Part shown: positions 10,525-20,519 of the stretch, piece after piece | Numbering within the stretch: position 1 is the first letter of the stretch | Layout: every line of letters starts with the position of its first letter | NCBI GenBank assembly: GCA_013416795.1 | Contig: RQSC01001104.1 | Location: forward strand, 1-44,886 | DNA: 44,886 bases | Direction of reading: 5' to 3' | Source: Prasinococcaceae sp. CCMP 1430 | Lineage: Eukaryota; Plantae; Prasinodermophyta | Position numbers and translations under genes: made by a program | The notes under the pieces: model-generated | Databases searched by the model: none | The model's input: only the letters and a program-made list of their open reading frames with translations | What the model was told of the DNA's origin: nothing

Positions 10525-12036
10525 ATGGTTGGGTCCGGACGCAAGAGCGCGGACGGGAGCAGCGGGGATTCGGGGCACGACACCAACGGGAGCGCGCCGC
10601 CGCCGCGAGTGTCGTCGGCGGACTGCATGCAGCCGAGTGCGTCGACGGCGCAACTCATGCAGCTCACCGGCGGCGCGCAACAGGCCAACTTCGACGAGGA
10701 GTTCTCGCGCGTGCACGTGATTGCCGACATCCTCTTCTGCGCCAGCGTGGGCAACCTCCGCAAGCTGAAGCAGATTGTGAGCCTCGGGTCGGTCGACCTT
10801 AGCAGCGACAAGGCGTGCGACTACGACAAGCGCACGGCTCTCCACCTCAGCGCCGACAGCGGCAGCGTGCGCGTCACGAGGTGGCTCGTGGACAACCACG
10901 CGCGCGTGAACGCCGTCGACCGCATGGGGGCGACGCCACTGGCGTGCGCTGCGCGGAACCGCCACACCGCCATCGTGCAGGTGCTCGTGAAGGCCGGAGG
11001 GAAGGTGTTGAACGCGCAGGGCGACCTGGTTAAGATCGAGGACAGCGAGCTGTACTCCGTCCTCACGGGGTTCTCCTCGGTCAGCTCGCTGTACGAGAAC
11101 CCGCAACTGAAGGAAACATGGGAGATTCAGGCCGGCGAGATCGAAGAATTGGACGTGATCGGCGCGGGACAGTTCGGCACGGTGAAGAAGGCGATGTGGC
11201 GCGGCACCCAGGTGGCGGTCAAGCGGCTCAAGGAGTTCGTCATGAACGACCCCATATCCATGGAGGAGTTCAAGACCGAGCTCAATACGATGGCGATGCT
11301 CCACCACCCTCACACCGTGCAGTTCCTCGGCGTAGTTCTCGGCTCTACCACCTGCTCAATTGTCACCGAGTTCATGGAGCACGGCTCGCTGGAGAATGCC
11401 TTCTTCAACCCCATTGCGTTCTCGCAGATGCAGGCAGTCAATGCATGCATCGACATCGCGCGGGGCATGACATACCTGCACGCGCACCGACCAAGTGCTG
11501 TCATCCACAGGGACTTAAAACCGGCCAACCTGATGGTCTCGCGCTCGGGCAAGATCAAGATTGGCGACTTCGGTCTGTCGCGCACGCTGAGACACACCGA
11601 CACCCGCGCCGAGTCCATGAAGCGTATGCTCAAGGACAAGTACAAGATGACGGGCGAGACTGGCTCGTATCGGTACATGGCCCCAGAGGTGTTCCGCCAC
11701 GAGGCGTACGGCCCTTCTGTGGACGTGTACGCTTTTGCCATGATCGCCTACCAGTGCTTCACCTGGCGGCGACCATTCGAGGCGTACTCGGGCGTGGAGG
11801 CGGCGCAGGCCGCTGCCATCAACGGCGTGCGCCCGAGCATCGCGGGCATCAGAAACAAACAGGTCGCGAAGATGCTGGCGGCGGCGTGGGATCCCGACCC
11901 GGCGTTGCGGCCGACCTTTACGGAGCTCCTTACCATGCTGGACGAGATACAGGCGAGCACTCCTGGCAAAGCGACGGCGACGGCGACTAGCGAGCGCGAG
12001 GGGGGCGCGCCCGGGTGCGAGTGCGTCATCAGCTAG
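10525..12036 (+). CDS. Ankyrin-repeat plus Ser/Thr/Tyr kinase (plant ILK/VIK-like Raf-like kinase), intronless
   Basis: Ankyrin repeats DYDKRTALHLSA and DRMGATPLACAA. Kinase motifs GAGQFG, VAVK, HRDLKPAN, DFG, GETGSYRYMAPE and DVYAF are all intact. Confidence 0.92.
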   Translation: MVGSGRKSADGSSGDSGHDTNGSAPPPRVSSADCMQPSASTAQLMQLTGGAQQANFDEEFSRVHVIADILFCASVGNLRKLKQIVSLGSVDLSSDKACDYDKRTALHLSADSGSVRVTRWLVDNHARVNAVDRMGATPLACAARNRHTAIVQVLVKAGGKVLNAQGDLVKIEDSELYSVLTGFSSVSSLYENPQLKETWEIQAGEIEELDVIGAGQFGTVKKAMWRGTQVAVKRLKEFVMNDPISMEEFKTELNTMAMLHHPHTVQFLGVVLGSTTCSIVTEFMEHGSLENAFFNPIAFSQMQAVNACIDIARGMTYLHAHRPSAVIHRDLKPANLMVSRSGKIKIGDFGLSRTLRHTDTRAESMKRMLKDKYKMTGETGSYRYMAPEVFRHEAYGPSVDVYAFAMIAYQCFTWRRPFEAYSGVEAAQAAAINGVRPSIAGIRNKQVAKMLAAAWDPDPALRPTFTELLTMLDEIQASTPGKATATATSEREGGAPGCECVIS

Positions 12037-12446
12037 CAGAATGCGTCACGCAGGGCAGATGACGTCAAGCTCGTCGACGGCGAGAGCCGCCCGCGGAGTT
12101 GTGCTGTGAGCGACGTTTCGCGCGCGCAACTGTTATGCACATGCAATTTGGTCTGCCGTGGTCAGTTGGTGCCCGGTTGCGCCAGTGTCGTCGCGTCGCG
12201 CAAGACGGTCGCGCGCACACTCCCATGTGGTCCCTGCCACATCGCGCCCACGGACATAGCCAGCGAATGAGTCGTGGCGCGGGGCAGCTCTGAGCTGTAG
12301 CAAGTGTTGTGCTTATCACATGACGATGTGCTCTCAGTGTGCTATGACGGCGATGTGTGCGAGAGGCCCACGCGCTGGTGCAGCAGGCCGCGCGCGTGAG
12401 CGCATGCGAGCTGAAACGCTGCGTCACCCCGTCGTCTTAAGCGCGA

Positions 12447-14110
12447 TCAGGCCAACGGCGCGCGGGGGCCGAGCCCCGACGATCCTGGCGCTGTGAACAG
12501 CGGCGACTTGCCCGAGCGGCGCCTGATGCCCTCGGCGATCAGGAACGAGAGCTCGAGCGACTGCTTAGCGTTGAGCCGAGGGTCGCAATGTGTAAAATAC
12601 CTCGAGCTGAGTTCGCTCTCAAGTACGTTGCCGCTGCCGCCACCGATGCACTCGGTGACATCCTTAGCATCGCAAGGGCAGCGAGTCAAAAGGCGGCTCT
12701 GTCAGCTCACGATACGACCCAGCTGAGAGCAGCGAAACACGGGCAACACTCGGGGCTTGCTAGGCGCCAGCGCCACCGACGGCAGCGTGGGGCATGGCAG
12801 TGCGCACCTGGCCTGTCATCTCGAGGTGCACACCACCCGCATGCGTGCCCAGTGCCTCGTGCGCGTCGAAAAACGCGCGCAGCTCGGCTCGGATGGCGTC
12901 GAACTTTCGCGTCTTGTATCCAGAGTCCGTCTTGATGGTGTTGCCATGCATCGGGTCAGTGTGCCACACCACATCGCGCCCGGCGTTCGTGACCGCCTTG
13001 ATGATGGAGGGGTACTTGTCGCGCAGCGCCTCCGCACCCATGCGCGAGATGAGCGTCACCCTACCCGGCGTGTTCTCAGGGTCGAGCACGTCGAGCACGC
13101 GCAGCACCTCGCTCGGATCGGCCTTGTCACTGATCTTCACGCCAAGCGGATTCTTCACGCCGCGCAAGAACTCGAGGTGAGCGTTGCCCAGCTGGCGCGT
13201 GCGCTCGCCAACCCACAGGAAGTGTGCGGAGGTGCAGTAGTAGTCGCCGGTGGTTGAATCTTGACGCGTGAGCGCCTCCTCGTACGGCAGGAGCAGCGCC
13301 TCGTGTGACGTGTAGAAGGGTGTGGTCGTGAACGCGGGGTTGGTCCTCGTATCAATGCCGCACGCCTTCATGAACTCGAGCGTCTCGGTTAGGCGGTCCG
13401 CAAGCGCCGAAAATTTGGCGGCCTCGGCGGACCCCTGGACGAAGTCGAGGTTCCAGCGATGCACGGTCTCCAGCGACGCGTACCCTCCCGACGCGAACGC
13501 ACGCAGCAAGTTGAGCGTGTTGGCACACTGGTCGTACGCTGTGAGCATGCGGGCGGGGTCCGCGATGCGCTGCTCGTAGTCATTCACAGACGAGTTGATG
13601 ATGTCGCCACGGTAGCTGGGTAGTTCTTCGCCATTGACGGTCTCAAAAGGCGCCGAGCGCGGCTTGGCGAACTGCCCGGCCATGCGGCCGAGCTTGGTGA
13701 CCGGCGTGCCACCGGAGAATTGCAACACGAGCGCCATCTGCAGCAGCACGCGGAAGGTGTCACGGACGGCGTCGGTCTCGAACCCGTCGAAGGACTCAGC
13801 GCAGTCACCCCCTTGCAGTAGAAATCCGTCGCCCTTGGCCACGCGCGCGAGCGATTCCTGCAGCTGCCGGCATTCGCCGGCGAATACGAGCGGCGGGCGC
13901 GATGCGAGCTGCTGCTCGGCGATGTCGACCATAGTCTGATCGGGGTAGTCAGGCTGCTGCAGGGCCTCCCGCTCGCGCCACGACGACGGCGTCCACACTC
14001 CCGAGTGCGCCGGGTCGGAGTCAAACGCGCGTACGGCCGCGCGCCGCGCCGCCCTGCCGCGCATGCGCCGCGACCCCTTCGCCCCCGCCCCGCGCGCTCC
14101 GGCGCAGGGC
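12447..14110 (-). CDS. Class II DAHP synthase (3-deoxy-D-arabino-heptulosonate 7-phosphate synthase); intron 12663-12807; start unresolved because of the N at 14111 (candidate ATG 14064)
   Basis: Motifs [77 protein letters not shown] and [11 protein letters not shown] transit-peptide-like [10 protein letters not shown] precedes the mature domain. Confidence 0.95.
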
Positions 14111-14111
14111 N
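14111..14111. other. Single ambiguous base (possible collapsed assembly gap)
   Basis: The only N in the window. It lies between the glyoxalase II-like and DAHP synthase coding regions. Confidence 0.95.
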
Positions 14112-14943
14112 AACCGGGTGCCCTGTCGCCGCCGCGCAGAAGCATCCGGCGAGGCTGGGCCATCATGCCGCCCGGCTGGCGCAGCGCAGCTTGCGCGCCG
14201 GTTGTAGCCTTCTGAGCGCCTTGAGACGCCTCCTGAGCGCCGCCCGCGTCATTTGAAGCCATTGCCTCGCTCGCCTCGCCGCTGCCGCAGCCGCTGCCGC
14301 TGCTGCCGCCACTTGCGACGCACCCGTGTACGCCGTTGATGCCCGCACCATTCACACCAAGCGCGCCGCCCCCAAGGGCACTGCTCGGGTTCTCTTGAAT
14401 GCCCAGCGCCGAACACCCCGAGGCGCTCGCATTGGTAGTCTCGAGCCACGTCGCGAAGCGGGCATTCGTGAGCGTGTATTCGTGGCCGCAGAAGACTTTG
14501 CACGAGCCCGGCAGGACGTCGAGCTTACCGTGCGTATACGCATAGCAATCCGCCGCAGTGCCGTGAAAGAAGGCGCCCACGCCGCCGGAGAAGAGTGCGT
14601 CGCCCGTGAACACGCATTCGGCTGCGCTGAGCGGCGCATCTGGTGCCGGCACGATTGCGTACACACAGTGATGCGGGGTGTGGCATGGCGTCTCGATGCA
14701 CACAAGCGTCGTTGCACCGAGCGATACCCTGTCGCCATGCACGAGCAGCGTGTCGGCCAGCGGGACGCACTCCCCGCGCGGTGCGACCACCCGAGCGGCG
14801 GTTCCAACTTTGGCACGTACGCGTCGCACGCCGCCCGCGTGGTCCCAGTGTCGGTGCGTCACCAGCTGCATGGTCACGTCGGCGCCTCGTGTGGTGGCGA
14901 CCTTCAGTGCGTCATACGGCACTGACGCGTCCACAAGGGCCGC
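14112..14943 (-). CDS. Glyoxalase II / hydroxyacylglutathione hydrolase-like metallo-beta-lactamase domain; the N-terminal strands and the C-terminal HAGH domain are not visible
   Basis: AALVD, THRHWDHAGG (HxHxDH), TPCHTPHH, FTGDALFSGGVGAFF and CGHEYTLTNARFA: all metal ligands are present. It continues in frame through a low-complexity linker to the N at 14111. Confidence 0.85.
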
Positions 14944-15170
14944 CTGGCGCGTCGCACGGGCGCGCGGGCGGGCGGGCAGCCACCGCGAGCGCTTGCGCAG
15001 ACTGCTGGCCTCGCGTGTTTTAGGGCCACGGACGCGCAGGCGCGCCGCGCTGCGGTTGGGGCGCCCAGGAGTTGTTGCGGCCCGCGCATGTGCTGAGCGC
15101 GCGGGCAGCTGACACCATCGCGCTCCCGTATTCCCTTCTCCTCGCATGCGCGCGCGCACGCTCCCCGCAG

Positions 15171-16945
15171 ATGGTGACCAAGGTGTACGTGGGCAACCTG
15201 CCCAAGGACGATCCCATCCGGGAGGATGAGCTCCGCGGCGTGTTCTCCAAGTTTGGTGACATCGTCAACACCTGGATCGCGCGCAAGCCGGCGGTGCGTG
15301 TGCGCTCGACTCCGCGCGTGCGCGGGCGGCTTGCTTAGTGCGCGAGCGCACCTGGCGCGTGTAGCACCGCCGTGCTTCGCACCGTGCTGACTTCCTCTGA
15401 TACTCTTGCAGGGGTTCGCGTTCATCGAGTTCGCCGACGAGCGCGATGCGCAGGATGCCGTCAATGACATCAATGGCCGCGACGGCTGGAAGGTCGAGAT
15501 CTCGATGGGCAACCGCAACAGGGGCCCGCCTGGTGGCGGCTATGGCGGCCCGCCGATGGGTGGAGGTGGTACGTTTCGTCTGAAGCGCGCCGGTTGCGCC
15601 GGGGCACGGTGGGGCTGCGAGTGTGCGCCGGGAACCTTGGGTCGGCGGGAATGTGCTGCAGGCCGTGCGCACACGCGACGAGGGCAACTCTGCGCCACGT
15701 GAGGGGATCTAGGGGCCGCTCGACACCTGCTTCAGAAACTTCGCCCGCGAGCGCCGCGAGAACTGTCTGCGATCGCGCAGAATCCCTCTCTGCACCTGCG
15801 GCATGCGCTCCGTCCGGGGCTGGGGATTCACGCCATCACCAGCGCGTGCAATTTGCGAGGGTGCGACAGCAAAGGCGACCGACTCGGCCGAGCTTCTCTC
15901 CTGCAGTAGCGCGACAACGCGTACGCGCCACACACACCACTGCATGGTGACTGCCGCGGGTCCTGGGAATTCATGGGGACTTGGTTCGCGCGTGGGTTTT
16001 CGATTGGGTGCATAGTCTGCAATAGGCTCCACCGCGGCATGCCGAGAATGTGTCGACCCAAAGGCACAGCGTTGTGGCTCCGGCCTGCAGCGACGCCATA
16101 TGTGCCTGCGATGCGCCATCGATGCGTCTTGCTGCGTGCTTCTCCTTGCTACGTGGTCTTCTCCTCCTCACTCCGGGAGTGCCGCATAGCCTCCTGCTCG
16201 TGGAATCACCAGCGCCTCAGGATGTATCCGCGGCGACACGAAGGCGCCAACTCACTGACATTCGTGCGGCGACTCCGCCGACTGCGGCGCTGGCGTGCGG
16301 CTTCTCCCACGCATGCCTATCTTCCTCTCCGCAGGGCGCGGCGGTGGCTTCCGCGTGAAACTTGAGGGCCTGCCGCCTAGCATCGACTGGCGCGACCTCA
16401 AGGACTTTCTGCGTACAGGTGGCGACGTGACTTTTGCCAACGCCAACCCAGACGGCACCGGCATCGCCGATTTCTCCTCGGAGCGCGACATGAGGGACGC
16501 CATCAGCAAGCTGGACGGCACAGACTTCCAGGGCAACAAATTCGGTATTTCCGAAGATCCTAACCAGCCTCCCCCGCGCATGGACCGCGGTCCGCCCTTC
16601 CGTGGCCCGCCCCCTCGTGACTTCGACCGCGGCTACGGCCCGCCTCGCAGGTTCGACGATCGGTATGGCCCGCCGCGCGACAGGTATGACGACCGGTATG
16701 GCCCGCCGCGCGGCTACGATCGTGACTACCGCCGCTCGCCGCCGCGCGACTACGACCGTCGCTCGCCGCCGCGTGATTACGGCCGCCGCTCGCCTCCGCG
16801 TGACTATGGCCGCCGCTCGCCTCCACGTGACTATGGCCGCCGCTCGCCCCCGCGCGGTTCGCCTCCCCGCTTCGATGAGCGCGAGCGTGAGCGCGAGCCG
16901 CGCGATGACGGTCCGCCGCCGGGTGACTTCGATGACAGGCGCTGA
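15171..16945 (+). CDS. SR-family splicing factor (RRM + pseudo-RRM + RS/RD tail); exons 15171-15293, 15412-15568, 16335-16945
   Basis: RRM1 KVYVGNL...[24 protein letters not shown]...GWKVEIS; RRM2 with DWRDLKDF (SWQDLKD-type); tail of RRSPPRDY(G/D) repeats. Splice sites are canonical and phase-compatible. An acceptor directly before the ATG implies a 5' UTR intron. Confidence 0.93.
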
Positions 16946-17086
16946 AGAACTTAGGTATCGCTACCTGTCAGAAAGTTGGCGCGCCGGAGCGTCCGCGTTG
17001 TTGATATGGGTACAGAACGAAGCGCAGGGAGGTGAGTGGGGTCTACAGTTGCTAGCTAGGGGCGCGCCCCAGTAACAGCAAACTCG

Positions 17087-17728
17087 TCACTTCTTTTTCT
17101 TCCCCTTCTTGTTTGCCTTGCCACCCTTGCTGCCCGCGCTCTTCTTCGCTTCAGCCGCCTCCTGCTCCGCCTTGAGCTGCTCAACCTTGCGCCTGCGCAG
17201 GGGAATGAATTTGCAGATAGCCTTGAAGAGCGCATCACGGCTCGCGATCTCCGCATTCTTCGGATTCTTGGTCCCCTCATCGAAGAGCTCTACCCGTAGC
17301 CGCCCGCGCTGCAGAATGTCGCGTGAATACCCCTTGTTCTCGAGCGCCGCCCGCAGCTTGAGCCCCTGGATCACGCACTCCGCCATTTCCATCGGCTGTG
17401 GATCCTCGACCGCAAGCGCCTTGCTGATCCGCCGCCCCTCCTTTGCCGTCAGTTTGCTGTTGAGATACGCCGGATACACGCACACCCACCGCGAGATGTC
17501 CACCTGCTGCTGCCCCTGCTGCTGCGTCGCGGCCGCCTGCTTGCCCGTCAGCGCCTTGCCACCGCCACCCGCCGCTTTCTGCGCATCGGCGTCCGTATGA
17601 ACCTTGACATAGCGCGTGCCTTTGGGCGGCGGCGGCAGCGCCCCCATGCCGAGGCCAAGGCCGGCCGGCGCATCATTAGTGTCTGCGCTGCCGCCCGCCG
17701 CAGCCCCCACCGGGGCGATGCCCGACAT
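17087..17728 (-). CDS. SRP19: Signal recognition particle 19 kDa protein, 213 aa with N-terminal extension
   Basis: WVCVYPAYLNSKLTAKEGRRISKALAVEDP, KGYSRD, RGRLRVEL and a Lys-rich C-terminus. Confidence 0.93.
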   Translation of the reverse strand: MSGIAPVGAAAGGSADTNDAPAGLGLGMGALPPPPKGTRYVKVHTDADAQKAAGGGGKALTGKQAAATQQQGQQQVDISRWVCVYPAYLNSKLTAKEGRRISKALAVEDPQPMEMAECVIQGLKLRAALENKGYSRDILQRGRLRVELFDEGTKNPKNAEIASRDALFKAICKFIPLRRRKVEQLKAEQEAAEAKKSAGSKGGKANKKGKKKK

Positions 17729-18065
17729 GGTGTGGGCACCCCGTCCTCGTCCCCGCCGCCGCCACTCCGAACGAGCGCGCTCGCGCTCACGCGCGGGAGC
17801 CTTCGCGCGCGTGCTTGCGCGCTCCCGCGCCTGCCGCTGCCTGTCGCGCCGTGCCACGTGTGGCGCTGCGCTCCCCCCCACCCCCCCCCGCCACGGCGTT
17901 TCGCGGCGCGCCGCCGCCGAAAACAAGCACGAACAAACGCCGCGCGGCGCGCGCGCCGCCCCGCCGCCCGGCGCAGCATTTGGCGCTTCAGTAAGAAGTC
18001 TTCTTAGTCATCATCAGGGGGGTAAACGGAAACAAAAAGAAGAAGGAGAGTGCACTGCAGAGAGG

Positions 18066-18101
18066 TCCCATCGAAATGCGACGTTCCCATCGAAATGCGA
18101 C
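18066..18101 (+). repeat. 17-bp direct repeat x2 (TCCCATCGAAATGCGAC)
   Basis: Identical copies at 18066-18082 and 18085-18101, separated by GT. Confidence 0.9.
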
Positions 18102-18133
18102 CATTCGCGGCGACACACATTATTGCGTCGAAA

Positions 18134-18197
18134 GTTGGAACCGAGTTGGAACCGAGTTGGAACCGAGTTGGAACCGAGTTGGAACCGAGTTGGAACC
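18134..18197 (+). repeat. 11-bp minisatellite (GTTGGAACCGA) x5 plus a partial sixth copy
   Basis: Five perfect head-to-tail units at 18134-18188, then GTTGGAACC. No spacers. Confidence 0.95.
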
Positions 18198-18562
18198 AAA
18201 ATCCCAAATGCTCCCAACGGGAAAAGGACGAGCGCGCAGGCCTGCTGCGTGCTGGCTGGTGCGGGGGAGGCCCTCGTTTCATGGACGTGGTCTTGCGCGT
18301 TTGGTTGATTGAGGGTCGGTTGCTTTTTTTGGTGGGTGGGGTTCATCAGAGTTCTCACAAGTCGAATGCAGGGTGGCGACGACGCGCCGAATATCACAAA
18401 CGATCGCGACGCCTCAAAAAGAGATCTCCCGTGGGGAATTGTCATTTTTGGAATGAGGCTCCATCCCGCCGTTGCCGCGGCGGGGCGTTTCGTTTCGTTT
18501 CGCGCGCGAGTCGTCCTCCGGAACGCCCCATCACACCACAACCGCACCGAAACCCGATTCTG

Positions 18563-18618
18563 AATGCGTTTTGACGGGCCACCTCTTCCGCGTGGGAGTC
18601 TCCACATCAAAACGCATT
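18563..18618. repeat. 12-bp perfect inverted repeat with a 32-nt loop
   Basis: AATGCGTTTTGA (18563-18574) and TCAAAACGCATT (18607-18618). Confidence 0.85.
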
Positions 18619-19212
18619 GGTGCTGGAAAGCGAGCTCTGAGGGGTGCGTCGGGGAAAGAGCGCACGCGCCGGCCGGGCGCCGAAGGAAAGGAAAGGAAGT
18701 TTCGAAGGCCGCGCGCATTAGATGGGCGTTCCGCATGCGCGCGTGAAAGCAATTGATTTTGACCGAGTGAAAGAAAGCGCCATCAAATCGCACCCGGCGC
18801 GGCGCGCGCGCGGGGCGCGGGGCTGATCTCGCGGATCGGCGCGGGCGGAAAGAGCGCGCGCGACGAGTGCGTTCCGCCATGGAATTGCGGAGCGCGCGCG
18901 CGTCGAAAGGCGGGCCCGGGAGAAAGGCGGCGGCTGGCGGCAGGGGCGGCGGCGGCGGCTGCGCGGGGTGGGTGGGTGTGTGGGGAGAGAGGGGCGCGGG
19001 CGGAGGCACGGGCGCCATTCTGCGCACTTTGGACGCAAACCCCCCGCCAGACACTCGTCATGTCTGAGGAGCGCGGTGGATTCGGCCGCGGCTTCGGCCG
19101 CGTTTCCGTTTTGGGGGAGGGGCACACGTGCGGGCGCGTGCGGCGCCGTGCGCCAGACCGCCCGAGTGGAGCGCGGCGCAGCGTGGCTCGGTGCGTGGCG
19201 CGTGTGGCAGCC

Positions 19213-19491
19213 ATGGGCGGCGGCGAGCCCGGGACCCCTCCGCGCCTCGACATCCCGGCGCAGGATGTCGAGGCGGAGCATGAAAATGGCCACCTTGCCG
19301 CCGTGTGGAAGATGTGCAGCCCTGGGAGCGACAAGACGGGGGGCATGTCGATGCAGCAGGAGCTCATGAAGTACATCCCGCCGGTAGAGGGGGCTACTAC
19401 CACGCGTTTTAACCGCAAGAAGAGCCCCATCACCGAGTACCTCAACAAGGCCATCCAGCTGCAGGTCGACTTGAAGTCGACGTCGCACTAA
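19213..19491 (+). CDS. Small hypothetical protein (92 aa)
   Basis: GCCATGG start context and strong C/G third-position codon bias (MGGGEPG...FNRKKSPITEYLNKAIQLQVDLKSTSH*). No homolog recognised. Confidence 0.55.
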   Translation: MGGGEPGTPPRLDIPAQDVEAEHENGHLAAVWKMCSPGSDKTGGMSMQQELMKYIPPVEGATTTRFNRKKSPITEYLNKAIQLQVDLKSTSH

Positions 19492-20519
19492 GCGTCAAGG
19501 CGAGAGCCTGTGTGGACCGGGGCATACACACCCACGTGTGTGTGTGGTGCGCGCGTTGCGTGCGCAGCTGCAGTGCTGTGCCACTCGAGCGATCAAGCAG
19601 GGCGACCGCACACTACCTCAGAGTCTCAGCGAGCTGTCCTATCGAGGAGGCTGCGCAAAGCCCCCGCCTGTACGCGCCGCTGTCGCAGCAAACTGTACAG
19701 TAGAGCTTGTCTCGAATGCAGGTCCGACGTGCGCGCTTTTGCGATTGCGCCCACAACCCTCCATCCATCAGCGCTGAAGCACAACTCCTTTGGCACTGAG
19801 CACAGTTTGAGAGGGTCATGGTTGCCCGGTACTCGAGGCGCCCCGGTCGCAAGTAAAGCGTCCTAGGAGAGACGATGATCCACGGTACTGCGTCCTGGGG
19901 CCCTCGGGAGCCGCGATGAGATCAGGCAGCTCGAACGAGTTCGGGTCATCCTTGTGTGCTCTTGTGACCGGCTGCCGGTGCGGCGATGCTGCCTGCGTCA
20001 AGCTGCGTCCGCGCCACGCACGCCGAGATGTGGTGCAGGGCGGACACCAGCGCCTCGGCTCGCATGGCAAAGGCATAAGGAGCATCGCTTGCTCGCGCAC
20101 AAGCAGTGTCATATCGTCGCCACATCCACGTGCCCCTCCCCGCCTGTGGTCTCGTCGTTTTTACGCGAGACGCGCCCGGCCAGGCCCGCGCTGTGTCTGC
20201 ACCTCGTACACGCAAGGTGCAGTACCCACAAGCGCCTGAAGAACACAAAAGGTGTCAATGTGGGTGCGGCACCGAGCGCGACGCCGAGGCCGCGGACAGG
20301 TGCTCGGGGCCCCCTGCGACGCTTTCGGACACGACTGCGTTGCATCCCAAACACGCGATACCAATATTTTTAATTTGTGCAACTGTGTCTTTGGCGACAC
20401 CTGCGTGCGATTTGACCTGCGGCGTTCCCGTTCCCCGTGCGCCCGGTGCGCGCCCACACACCACAGCGCGCGCGGCGGGCGCTGCTGCGGCGGGCGCCGC
20501 CGCGCGCGCGGCAACGAGC

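Noticed and set aside
18134-18197. Short repeat array as a CRISPR locus
   Set aside because: The units are 11 bp, head-to-tail with no spacers, there are no cas genes, and the context is eukaryotic.
19060-19101. MSEERGGFGRGFGR resembling the N-terminus of ribosomal protein uS5/RPS2
   Set aside because: No downstream uS5 core (e.g. WVPVTKLGRLV) in any frame or plausible exon; probably a chance translation of GC-rich promoter/UTR sequence.
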